From NCBI RefSeq assembly GCF_023055435.1, contig NW_025964223.1, positions 44,516,001 through 44,580,000 of the forward strand: 64,000 bases of DNA, written 5' to 3'. Shown here one piece after another: positions 41,601-54,282 of this stretch; position 1 is the first letter of the stretch; each line of letters starts with the position of its first letter. This DNA is from Haliotis rufescens. Taxonomy: Eukaryota. A program made the translations under genes and the position numbers. The notes under the pieces were generated by a model. The model saw nothing but the letters and a program-made list of their open reading frames with translations, was not told the origin of the DNA and made no database searches.

Positions 41601-43464
41601 TTCGTTACGTTAGGAAAGGACAAACAGACTATCATAGAAAGTGTTAGAGTAGCTTCGATTTGATGAAGGGTAGTCGCTCTTGAGGTAGGACGGAAGGACT
41701 GCCGCGAAAGGGAAGTAGAGACAATATGTGTAGGCAACTGTTATTTTGCCTATATGTAGTTACGTCAGTGACTATGAAACAGGTTTCAATGGGAACTAAA
41801 TTGACCGTCCCTACTGTACGACTGACGAATTACTGACCTTCTCACGTAATATATGTTGATGCGCACTTGCAATGTTTAGGTAATGTTTGTGAGAGAGCAA
41901 TACAGGTTTTCGACGACAAAATTTAAGAATGACAATAGATGAAAAAGAGGTTATCACGCTTGTGTAATTTGGGATGGTAAATGTCCTATATTAGGTATGG
42001 CTGTGCAACACACCAGAAGGCAATTATTTCCTATTTCTCAACATGTCAACATTTTTCTTATGACAAAGGCTAAAGAGATGTTTTCCAGATAAACTGTTTT
42101 CCATATGTGGTTTAAATAATTATTTATGAAATCTAAACATCATTATTCATAACTTAATAATAAACTCGGGTGAGATGAGGTGAGGTGATATGGGATTGCA
42201 CATATATAGCGACGTGCATACACGTGTGTGTGTTTGTGGACTGATGCCAATTTATAGTGCTAGCCCACTGATATGCAAAGGCCTTAGTTTAACATGAAAA
42301 CCCCACTCAGACACAGTATACTGACTCCGAGCCGACCAGTCCTCGTTTTAGCCCCTTAATGCCTAGCGTCAGGCAGGGTAACAACAAGTACGAGGTTTTA
42401 ACGTATTTCGGTATGACGCGACCGGGGATCGAACCTTCCGCTCTCCGGACGGACGCTCTACCACTAAAAAACGGAGGCGGTCGGGAAACTCTGTGACTAA
42501 ATGCCCGATATATGGCTAAAGGTGTAGGTTTAATGTTCACGCCAAGAACCATGCCAACCCCTTTTGTTTCCCATTTGACAATTTACATGTAGTTATGTCT
42601 ATACATCCATTTCTAACACAATCGTTTTAATACATATAGGCGGGAATCCTTCTAGCGGATTCGGCTTTTATCCCTGATTAACACAACAAAACACGTACAG
42701 TTGTATATACAATATCCCTCTTACCACATACAATGTTTAAACGTATTTATTCACGCATATAATCGTAGAGTAAAGGAGGTATTGATACGGAGTGATGAAC
42801 GTAGACATTGCATAATCTGGTATTTTGTGCTGATTGCAGAGAACATATGTCCAACGTCATCTGGAGAAAAGGGTATGTATGCTTATCATTGTCTTAAAGT
42901 CAGGTTAAATGTCATTTACGTAATCCATTCAGTTGATAGCATCTCCTCTTACATATACGTTTCGAAAAATCAATGTGACGTCAAAACAATTTCACATTGT
43001 GCACTGTTAGAAAGGCTGTAGGGACGAAATAGAATCAGGGATGTTGACTGAACCAAACATGACGTAAATGAGTATAGTTATTGATGACATCATATATTGT
43101 TTCGTCACTATATGTAATACTTCAACAATACATATATCAACACCAGTGCCAGTGGCACCCTACTTGTGAAGATCCGTGTTAGCATTGGTCTTCAGCAACC
43201 CATGCTTGTTTTACGAGGCGACTAGTGGGACCGGGTGGTCAGACTCGCTGACTGACAGCCGTCATATATACAGCTGGAATATCACTGAGTGTGGCACTAA
43301 TTATAAACAACAAATACACAAAACAAACGCTGGTTCTTCCTGTATATTTATGCTTACCTTGAATCATATAAATGAAAAATTAGATACATAGTCTCTTAAA
43401 TGAAATAGGTAGAATACTGAAATCAATATACAATAAAAAGTGTCGGTAAAGCCGGTAAAAAAGC

Positions 43465-43499
<35 letters not shown>

Positions 43500-43535
43500 G
43501 CAGCTTAATTTTTTTCTTTTTCACCGGAATAATTA

Positions 43536-43569
<34 letters not shown>

Positions 43570-46500
43570 ACCAACAAGTGTATATTGTACTTCAGTTGTA
43601 CACGTATGTGAGGGCAACTTTGCCACTGGAACATCCGTCTATCTGGACACCTTTAAGGCTGTCAACTATGAAGGCGGCTGCACATGTCAACTCAGAGCAC
43701 AGGGAGGCGCTGTTGATCTCCAGGTATCAGTTCAGGGGGTTCATGCTGCCTGTGACGCTACCCTGTATTTCGCTCCGCCTATTGATCACACCTATAACTG
43801 TGCAGACAAGACACCCGCAACTACTACAGGAAGGATTGAGTCAGGACAGTCGGTCTTCCTTTCTCTCACCAAAAGCTCTGACGTAGCCGATTTCTGCGTC
43901 CATTTAGTACAGACATCATCAGGTGAGTTTGCATAATGTAACTGAACCATGGATGCATTTGGATGCAGTTATAATGTATCGTAAGTGTACACCTAGCAGG
44001 TATCAGGTCAACGTTCAAGATGAAAAAAGACTGATTGTGTCGGGTTAGGTTTTATTTATAAATGTAACCAGGTGTTGGCCATGAACTAAAAAATAATATA
44101 GTCTCATTATCAGTGATCCTTTCATGTAATTTTCACTGCTATCTTTGCCTCTTACGTCCTATGGAATCTGTTGAGGCAGTTAATCGAGACTGGTTATTCT
44201 GGCGTTAACTTTAGATATGTTGTTATCTTTAGAATAAAGCTAGCAAAACAATGTACAATGCTTTAAATAATAGGTTCCGCGACACATTGTATTCATGTCA
44301 AAGGATCTCGAATTAAAACTTAATTTATTAATTTGATGTAAGGTATATATGCAAAAACTATGTTTTCACAACCGCATGTTTAGTATTTTAGAATCAAATG
44401 CAGAATTATTTTTTTTAAACTTAAGGGTCGTTTTCAGGTTGAAAGATACATTGGAAGAGGGTCAAAGAAGCTAAACCATTACAAATAGGCATCGTGGTTA
44501 ATAGCTCCATCTCTTAACTTCATTGATCTAATAAAACTGAAAGGAAATAATTTATCTCACGTTCCTCCATACGTTCGCATGGTATCAACAGCAAGACGCT
44601 CCTAGCCATGTCGGTACAATCTGGTTCTCCGTTAGCTCATGAAATCATAAATCTCGATTCATCGCTGAACCAAACCATTCTCCCTTGCTAGTTTGACCAC
44701 ATTCTGCCTGCTTGGCACCACAGGCGTCCACATGGGATGATGATACTTAAAACATATCCTCGGAAGGCTGTCTTGTTCTGTGACCTGCCTCTCTAATGCG
44801 GTTCCGTACTCTCTGGTCAGAAACTCTGCGTAATCGTAGGACTACAGCTGTTGTCAGTATGAAGCGTCATACAGCGTTCATATCATAGTGTGGTCAATAT
44901 GAAAGATATTTCTTTGTGATGGTTAGATATTTTTTGGGGCATTGTCACCCACACTTTTACCGTTCTGTGATACCCTACTGCCATACAGTTCATGAATTGA
45001 TTGCATGAGAAGGTGGTATAAACGATTAATGTCTACGAGGTGATACATTTGCATGAATTGCAGTCTGATTAGTTGGAGTGCTCAGTGCGAGTCAGCAGTT
45101 GAGTAGTGTTCCTTGGTTTCATGACAATTTATATATTTTTAGCTGGATCACTTAACGTAGCCTGCTCCAGTGGCACACTGAAATCAACAAGTCCACCAGC
45201 AACAACGTCCTCGCCAACCAACGCTCCCAATAACGTAGCAACCACTTTGACTACTTCTGTTACTCAGAGCAAAGGATCATCAAGTGAAAGTCCGGATAAT
45301 ACAGTAACTGAGAGCAAAGGATCATCAAGTGAAAAGCCGGATAATACAGTGACTGAGAGCAAAGGATCATCCAGTGAAATTCCGGATAATACAGTAACTG
45401 AGAGCAAAGGATCATCGAGTGAAAGTCCGGATAATACAGTAACTGAGAGCAAAGGATCATCGAGTGAAAATCCGGATAATACAGTAACTGAGAGCAAAGG
45501 ATTATCGAGTGAAAGTCCGGATAATACAGTAACTGAGAGCAAAGGATCATCGAGTGAAATTCCGGATAAAACAGTAACTGAGAGCAATGGATCATCCAGT
45601 GAAAGTCCGGATAATACAGTAACTGAGAGCAAAGGATCATCGAGTGAAAGTCCGGATAATACAGTAACTGAGAGCAAAGGATCATCAAGTGAAAGTCCGG
45701 ATAATACAGTAACTGAGAGCAAAGGATCATCGAGTGAAAATACGGATAATACAGTAACTGAGAGCAAAGGATCATCGAGTGAAAGTCCGGATAATACAGT
45801 AACTGAGAGTAAAGGATCATCCACTGAAAGTCCAAATATAACACCGTCCGGAAACACAGGTCTTAATACTGCAGAGACTCCTCAGTCCGTCATTGTGGGT
45901 AAGAATCGGTATCGTTCCGTCATGTGCAGCCACGCTGAAAGTCTCATATCATCATTTATAAAAAAAATCCATTGTATAAACTTAACACAAATCCATAGCA
46001 TGAATATAAACGACACACTTTATGATAAAATAATTATACGTCGTTGAATACATATTTATTTCAACTTTTTATATCACTGGTCGTCGTATATCCATTTAAC
46101 CTGAAATTGAATATGTTTTATTCATGTTTATAACTATTTCGACTCGTATTTTGTACATGAATACATTTAGTAACAAAAAGTGTCTAGATGGTGGTAGATA
46201 AGTAATACCCAAATATATTTATGCAATTAGAAACTTTTAAGAACAGACAGATGTTACAGGCAATGTCCGTTGTTGACGCCAATGTAATATGAGCATTATG
46301 TAATTATATTTTATAATATTTATCAAAGTATTCTCAATGTGTTCAACTTTTCCATTTTAGTCAGCTTTGTCGTTGTTGGGGTCTTCGCTGCAATCGTGGT
46401 CGTGATGATACTATTTGGGGTTTTTACCTACTGCAGGTAAGTGTTTAAATTATGAACATTACACAAACAATGGTCTATGGAGATATTCGTGTTTCCGTCA

Positions 46501-46918
46501 TAAGGAGGGTGAGTGAGTGAGTATGGTTTTACGCCGCTTTTAGCAATATTCCAGCAATATCACGGCGGGGTACACCAGAAATGGGCTTCACACATTGTAC
46601 CCATGTCGGAAATCAAACCCGGGTCTTCGGCCTGACGAGCGAACGCTTTAACCACTAGGCTGCCCGACCGACCATCCCCTCCCCCCCCCCCCCCCCCCCC
46701 TTCCCCCGTCATAAGGAGGGAAATGAAGTCCAGTCGAGATCAAAACGTCAAGTACAGCATACGTAAAATAAATATTCTCACCTTTGAGCAAGATGTGTAA
46801 TTTCAATATCCATTTGAAGAGATTCCTCATGCAAAGATGTTTCTTTTTCAGGGACAAATCAAGACTCGGCAAACTAAGAGCTGCACAGAATCTTCCCAAT
46901 GGACATACCAATGTGTAA
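30830..46918 (+). CDS. Gene C: type I membrane protein, 3x 8-Cys (CUB-like?) domains + 13x15-aa Ser/Thr/Glu stalk + TM + short tail
   Basis: Exons 30830-30902 (signal); 33474-33506, 34277-34603, 35272-35376; 37873-37905, 38638-38964, 40228-40338; 42840-42872, 43596-43922, 45143-45898; TM 46361-46436; tail 46852-46918 (DKSRLGKLRAAQNLPNGHTNV*). All ectodomain introns are phase 1 GT-AG with no stops, and the exon layout matches paralog D. Confidence 0.85.
31138..44875 (+). repeat. Intragenic tandem triplication, period ~4.96 kb
   Basis: Units ~31138-35637, 35638-40599, 40600-44875 share intron sequence, SINEs (32765/37205/42170; 33831/38198/43165) and exons, with unit-specific indels. Confidence 0.92.
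39600..40080 (-). mobile_element. Tc1 transposase remnant (also at ~44550-44875; absent from unit 1)
   Basis: Minus strand encodes VWFSDESRF, the Tc1 first catalytic Asp motif. Confidence 0.75.
45259..45843 (+). repeat. Coding 45 bp tandem repeat x13 (VTESKGSSSESPDNT)
   Basis: Direct reading within exon 45143-45898. Confidence 0.95.
46509..46672 (-). mobile_element. Short tRNA-derived SINE (family 3)
   Basis: Near-identical to 19170-19325. GTCATAAGGAGGG on both sides (~46497 and ~46708) is consistent with a TSD. Confidence 0.85.
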
Positions 46919-47780
46919 CGACGAAGACCAACACTTCACGAACACAAGGACCTTCCTCAAGGCAGCAATGTATTTCAATACTTGCTTAAAAATCAAAATG
47001 TGTCTGATAACATGTGCTGAACAGTGGGATATGATAAAGTCGGTTCGAGAAAGCTAACAAGCGATATATGGCATTTGATTAACATGACTGATTTAACTGT
47101 TGTTTAAATCTATGTATTGTTTTCCGCAACGGATGTGAGTTCGCATGGAGATAGATGGACCAAATGGGACTGCTGGGAACAATTGAGAATATGGACAACA
47201 TAACCTAGCTCACGATATCACCCAATATATGCAGTGACGCAAATGTTATTGTTCGAAGAAGAAGGAAATCTTAATCCATCCAGGATATGCAACAATGGTG
47301 TACATGCGTTTTGCTTGGGCCTTCACGTTGTTTATAGGATTGAAGACAATAATTTTGCCTCGTGAATAAACCATACAAACTTGATTCTGACTTCATACTT
47401 ACACTGTCCTTACCTTAAGAGAATATCGCAATCATGATGAAGTAGGTCATCTGTGGAATTAAACGCATTTGCAATGAGTTGCTGGTTTATTCCATGTAAA
47501 TAACTTGAAGAACACGCTTCTAACCACAACACTACAGTATTCGACTGCCCTTGCAATCAAATGGACAGCTCATTAGTTTTTGAATGTCTGATTTTTGACT
47601 TGCAATAGGTAGCAAAGGTGACAGCCATGTAGTGATAGGCTTGCTTTTAACCGAAAATTGTCTGAATTAAATTTTCTAAAGCGTTACCCTCTCTTTAGTC
47701 TAAATGGCTTTGCAATACGAAGCAAACTGTAATGCCGTATGGTGAGGATGTTTCAACAATGACATTATATAATGTATATA

Positions 47781-48617
47781 TGTTACAGGGAATATTATAA
47801 TGTCTGATTCACGCAGGGAATATACATAATCCCTAAATTTTTCAGGTATTGTACATATTCCCTGATTTAGCATCAAGTTTGTTAGACATATTCCCTGAAA
47901 CTACTCTTGAGGCTCTCATATGGTCAAACTTGATAAAAAAAATACCTTTTACTTAACTTAACAATTAGTCTTAACTGTAATGAGCTGTGGCTTCTAGTAT
48001 CTCGCATATGATTTCCCTTGGGTAGCAAGACTCGTTTGTTCTCTTCATAGCTCTTGTACAGATTTTTTTCAGAAATCCTCCTCTAACTCCATCTTGAACA
48101 TGTGAGGTAATACATAATGTCAGCAGTTTTATACCTTGAATTTCGCATGTTGTGGCAACTGCGAACTCGTTTTTTGTATTTTCTTTAGATATAAATCCAG
48201 TGATGTTTGAGAGGAGGGGGGTGTGGCATTCATACTGAGTCGCATTTTTGGCTAGGGGCCAGCAGTCGCATTCTTTTTGAGACGCATTAATTTCACGATT
48301 TACAGTATTTAATCTCATTTTTATCCTATGACTTCATTACAGTTAAGACTAATTGTTAAGTTAAGTGAAAGGTATTTGTTATCAGGTCAAATAAATTTGT
48401 CTTCTCGATTTTTTTTATCAAGTTTGACCATATAAGAGCCTCAAAAGTAATTTCAGGCAATATGTCTAACAAATTTGATGTTAAATCAGAGAATGTGTAT
48501 AATACCTGAAAATTTTAGGGATTATGTTTATTCCCTGAGTGAATCAGACATTAAATATATTCCCTGAAAATTTCAGGGATTATACATATTCCCTGATTAT
48601 ACATATTCCCTGTAACA
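47781..48617. mobile_element. Non-autonomous DNA transposon with ~200 bp terminal inverted repeats
   Basis: Ends TGTTACAGGGAATA / TATTCCCTGTAACA in a TA-rich target; arms ~47781-47983 and ~48334-48617 are reverse complements. Confidence 0.85.
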
Positions 48618-49101
48618 TATATACATGTATATTTCAAATAAACTTGCAGAAATATATTTACTACTATTCAAAACGTATTGATTATTGTGAAGGATATCAA
48701 GAAAATTGATATAACAAGTGTAAGATGAGGAAAATCAATTTACTTTACATACAGTAATTCGCAGTCAATATTCATCTATTGTTAAGACCTTTTATGGCAC
48801 ACGTTGAAAGAATGTGGGGGCCAGTGTTAAACATAGGTCACTGATCTATGTACGTAAACATCTGAAGATATCTGTGACTCTGATCTTTGTCCAATGGAAA
48901 GATACACACGCGCACGACTCATGCAATTATATGCTGCTGACAGGAAGGACAATAGATAGGTAAGGCATTTATTGCTGTCAGTGTAACTTTAACCACGAGA
49001 ACATGACCTGAGGTAAAAGTCGAGTTAGATGTTAAAATCGATGGCGTGGTGGAGTGAGTTTTACTTTGGACTTAAACAGTGACATAAATATTCTTTGAAA
49101 G

Positions 49102-52100
49102 ATGGATAACAGTATCGGGATCATTTTCTTTTTAAGTTTACCAAGTCCGTATCTAATGCAAGGTAAGGCAATTGTTTTCTTTTGTCATCTAGTGTTAGAA
49201 ATAACAGTAATGGTCAGGGCGCAGTACCAAGGCCACATTTACTTTGTTGCAGTATTGATAACATGGTTTGACCCATGCATATCCGAGTTAGAGTAACTGT
49301 TGGTATTCATCAACCCATTCTTGTCGTAAGAGGCATGACGGGATCGGGTTTCATGTTTGCTGACATGGTTGAAACATGTCATCGTATCCCACTAATTGCA
49401 TCGATGCTCATGATGCCAATCACAGCATTGTCTGCTCCAGATTATTTACGGACCGCAGTCAAATAGCTAGGATATTGCTCAGTGCGGCGTTAAAAACAGA
49501 CAAAAACAACAACGATAACATGGTTTCTGTTAATAGTCCACCAATTACGAGATTGGGTTTCCATTAAATAGCATTACATTTGCGATCACTATATCTAAAT
49601 ATTTTACACCTTTTGATGCGAAAATGAAAGGAGCATTTGTTGGTATGCACGTTTCGCACGACTAAGACCGTAGCCATGACTTACAAGGCAATGATCATTA
49701 CGGAATGGGTTTTGTAAATTATGTCTTGGAAAACAATATTGATTCCCTACGAATACGGCTCGTTAGTAATTGAGTTCAAGTGTAGCTAGATTCGCTAACA
49801 CGGACACGTCAAAAACGCACCATCACGGATAAATGGCAGCATTTACTAAGCTTGATAGAAATTGCTAAGGTTTAGTGTGGGGATTATATGCGACAGTCAG
49901 TCAAATGCGTATACATGTAATAGTTATACAAACTGGGTAAAGTATTTATGTCTTCACGCATTTTGTAACGCTGACGCAAATTATTTCGCGTGAGCACGCA
50001 GAGACAGGGAAAAAGAGCCCTACAGCGTTAACTGATATTATCTGTTGGTTGCAGGAAATATTTGTCCTTCGGAAGATGGAAAGGAAGGTATGTATGTTAC
50101 TCCCCGTTATCAGGATACTTGTAAGCGCCAAAACATCTAAGAAAGCATACAACAAAATTACAATTTTCTTATATTTTTATCGTATTAGATATTAAGACTT
50201 AGCTTACAACCGTTATTCGCAGCAGTAAACACTTGACTTGTCTCTGCATGTGTTTGTGACCGGTGTCGCTGATTGGGGCTGGGTACACTCACATTTTCGC
50301 GAACACCCTGTTTCATCACTGTAGTGATTCATAAACACATTATGATGTAGTCGGAATCGTACAGTGGAATCAGCGTTCTTCTGATCATACAATAGATCTA
50401 AAAATCATTGGTGTAAGGACAGACATATCCCTTAGTGGATGGGTTAAAATTTAACATAGCATCGGCGTTATGTAAGCCATATAGAGAAGAGGAACTATAT
50501 CCCCTAAGTGACAAATATTACACAATGCTTCTTCTTCTTACATACATGTATGTTTTGTGTACACCTGAATAACCTGTATTCATTCAATTTCAGTTGTGCA
50601 TATATGTGAGAAAAACTTTGTTAGTGGAGACATTTTCTACTTGAACACCGCCAGAGGTGTAAACTATGAGGGCAACTGTGTCTGCCAACTCAGAGCGCAA
50701 GGTGCTGCCGTTGATCTCGAGTTATCAGTTCATGAAGTCGACGCAGCCTGTGACGCTACCCTGTATTTCTCACCCCCAATCGATCACATGTATAACTGTG
50801 CAGATCAGTCACCCCCAACTGTAGCAGGAAGAATCGAGCCCGGACAGACAGTCTTCATTTCATTTTTCAAACCCTCCCCTGACGTCATAGCTGACTTTTG
50901 TGTGAAGGTGGTGCAAACAACAACGGAAGGTGAGCTTACAGGGATCGAATTTTCCTTGTGAAATCTCGACAGCCTATAAATGATACAGTCTGGTATAGGC
51001 AAACCAGCGCCCAGCTCAAATAGTATTAGGTGGCCATTTCGCCACATATATAGGTGTGCCGTGAACATCCGAGGTTGAATAGGTCTTCAGCAACCCATGC
51101 TTGAGGCGACTAGCGGGATCAGGTGGTCAGGCTCGCTGACTTGGTTGATGCACGTCATCGATCCCAATTGCGTGGATCGATGCTCATGATGTCAATCACT
51201 GGATTGTCAGACTCGATTATTTAGAGATCTCTGTCAGGTCAACACCACCAGTTGAGTGTCTCTGCATCAGGGACCACCATGTCATCTTGGAGGTCGCCAG
51301 TTCTTTTGTTCTGGAAAACTCTACCGCTTAAGATCTGAAGCATCCAAGAACTGACTACATTCCGGGCAAATGTCCACAGAGGCATAAACGTATATTAGAC
51401 CAGACTCTCAATCTTTTTCTTAAATATGCCTAATGGTATGCAGTCGCTCACAGTGATTCCGAACAGTCAACATTAAATGAACACTAATGCTATACAAATA
51501 TTTAGTTATTATGTATTTATTATGCATCTCTCACGATTAGGTGACACTTAGCTTGCGCTAGTTTGGATATGCATACTGATCTCTATTTTGTTAATCTGTA
51601 TTCTATGCAAATTGTGTGAGAGGTGGGTGTTACAGTAGAGCAGGAAATGCTTTCCCCTTTAGCAAACATCTGGTATCACGGATTGTCAGTGATCCATTTA
51701 CATAATTGTCTCCACTTTGTTGTCGAAATCATACTCGTTATCTTCTATCCAGATAGATTTAGTTGTTCTAAAGGAAATCAAAAGCTTTAAATAATTAAAC
51801 AATAACGCAAGTGGTTAGAACATAATAATCATTAGAACACTGAGTAACGCCATTCAACGCCTCAGGCCTTTATAGTGTCTGTGTTCAGCGTTTATGACCG
51901 ATTGAATGTGACATGATTGTATGACTTATCATTTATATTTCCAGTGGGATCAATGGGGTTGACTTGTACACAAGGGACATTGACACCAGATGCATCATCC
52001 CATCAAACTGACAATACACAGCAAGCCACTGCTATATCTGCTGTTGTTGGTAAGAATCGTGATATCATGGATACATCCTTCAGATCTACGCACTGGGATC

Positions 52101-53284
52101 TGCGGTTTGATAGCCAGATCAGTTGTTAAAGCGTGTGCTTGTCCTACTGGAGTCCGTCTGAAGTCCGCATATCGAAATAAGAATGCATGAAGGCCTTTTT
52201 TGATAACGGTTAATTTATTCGCCTGAATTTCCAATGGAATATAACTTTTGTGTGCCATACACTCAAAGTACTTGATGACAGTACTCTTTATAGAAGTGAC
52301 ATTTCGGCCATAAATTAGCATCGCCTAAAGTAAATATTGGAAGTCTTTATAATTGGTCTTTGAAAGGCATTTAGTAGTGATACACATAAGGAAGAGAATG
52401 TATGGATGTCAACTTCTTTATTATGAGGAACACAACGTTTCGGAGAATATGCCTACTCCTTCATCTTCACCTGACAAAGGAGTAAGCATATACCCCGAAA
52501 CGTTGTGTTCCTGTTAATAAAGAAGTTGACATCCATACATTATCTTCCTTATCTTTATAACTGCTTCACAACGTCACAAAAGGTAAAGAAGGTTATCATC
52601 TATACGATGACTTGTCATTGTGATCAAAGGCAGATGCAGCTAATTGAAACAGCGGCCTGCCTTATTGCCTGTTAATTATTTAGTACAGTTTCGTGTTGTA
52701 TTACAGACAATGCATTTGTGTTATGTTTTAGTCAGCTTGATCGTCGTCGGTATTTTTGCTGCCGTTGTAGTGGCGATACTATTAATGGGGCTTGTTGGTT
52801 ACTGCAGGTACGTGTTCGAAGGAGCTATTATTGTCAAGATGATAGCGCCTTAACTACTATTCTTGAATAAATAAACAGAATAATTTACATACGTGTTATT
52901 GTCAAACGTATCTATTTGTTTCACCCATGTGTCTAGTTTTATTTGTGGGCCATGTTTCAAGATTAACATATTTTTTAGATCAGTAGGTTTACTACAGGTC
53001 ACATAGGTTTAGAGGACATCCTAATTAAAAAGTTGTCGTGTAATTTAAAAAAAATACTCCTTGCAAAATATTCCTCTTAAACTGTATAAAGATAAGTCAG
53101 GGTATATGTATTACGATGTATCATAGGAACTGAGTATATTAATATGTTGGTTTTCATTATATTTTGGTGTTTCAGGGAAAGAAGACGAGTAAAGAAATTA
53201 CATGTTTCAGCCGCCCCAATCAATATCAATGACCATAGAAGTATTTCTAGCACGACTCACCAAGGACTCAAGGACGAGAAGTAA
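49102..53284 (+). CDS. Gene D: single-domain paralog of gene C (type I membrane protein)
   Basis: Exons 49102-49162 (signal-like), 50055-50087 (NICPSEDGKE), 50594-50929 (VHICEKNF...CVCQLRAQG...CDATLYF...YNC...DFCV), 51945-52049, TM 52732-52807, tail 53176-53284. Same phases and nearly the same exon sizes as gene C. Confidence 0.88.
49270..49510 (+). mobile_element. Nin-type SINE (family 2), degenerate
   Basis: CAACCCATTCTTGTCGTAAGAGGC core; another copy at 51060-51230. Confidence 0.7.
52386..52552. mobile_element. Inverted pair of Penelope-like terminal repeats with degenerate hammerhead cores
   Basis: ~165 bp near-palindrome. Plus arm CACCTGACAAAGGAGTAAGCATATACCCCGAAACGTTGTG; related single copy at 56971-57073. 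Confidence 0.6.
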
Positions 53285-54282
53285 TTATAAGTTTTACTCC
53301 TGAATCAAAATGTCTTTACCACAGAAGAATACACAAGAAATCTTTTTTTGAACTTTGTGGACATACCTATATGCACTGACTGTGTTAGATAGACTCATTT
53401 ACTGAAGTCACACTGGGCCTAACACCAAAGATATTCTACTACAAGGAAGGCAACACATTACGGTTTACTGCATACAAACAGGAAATATGTAACCTGATTG
53501 GTATAACAACACTGTTAGATCGGAGCTGAAACATTGTCCAGACTATTCTAGGCTCATAAATACTATGCTTGTTAAACAGCTTTTGTTTGTAGGCGTAGTA
53601 TGCAGTAAGGTTATATTTAGCGTCATACTTATCGTATTTAGTATTTATTCAAATGAAACAGATGCCTTAAAGTTTCATTTTGGTTAGATTAACGTTGAAC
53701 CATATGAATCTGCATCTTTTTGATGAAGGAATGAGTAATGCACATGGCTATATCAAGTCTGACATATTTTATACTTACAAGGTCTGTTCGAACTGTAATT
53801 CCTTGGCGAGAGGGTTAAGGATGGTTGAGGCCTGTTAATTTGATAGAAGATGGAGAGTAGCACAATTAACTGTAGATGAAGACTGACAAATGACCTCTGT
53901 AGTAATACTTATACACTGAAACATGTCTAAAATATTAAAGTAAAATTCCTACTGTACAATGTCTGTCATTGGAAATATGAAAAATAAACTTTAGGAAAAC
54001 TTTTCAAAGAAACTTTATTTTACTTGTCACGGAAATTACTTGTTAAAAACTATTCGAATATCGAATATTTCAGCAAATCGTCAAAACTATGTTATCAGTT
54101 ACTCAACTATTATCATTATCCGACTAGCATGCACGCTTTTTGTAATAGAGGAGAACGCTTAATATGAGCGACAGTCTATAAGTTTCTCACCGAGCCAAGA
54201 GATCGGGATATAAATGGTCGAAAGAAACAGGAAGATATAGCGTCACCACACAATATTTGTAAAATAGGAATAAAATATTTTA

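Noticed and set aside
34268-43886. ORF-track proteins MLQLYTYVRA... (34268, 38620, 43578)
   Set aside because: Wrong frame; the real exon frame (VHVCEGNF...) is fixed by splice phase and homology to gene D.
45260-45857. Two long antisense ORFs over the 45 bp repeat
   Set aside because: By-products of an in-frame tandem repeat; no splice or start context.
45890-45905. Recurring IVG/IIG/VVG(K) amidation-like motif at exon ends (also 9549, 35376, 52049)
   Set aside because: The Gly-Lys comes from reading through phase-1 G|GTAAG donors; it disappears after splicing.
53270-53284. C-terminal KDEK as an ER-retention signal
   Set aside because: Cytoplasmic, and matches neither KDEL nor KKxx/KxKxx.
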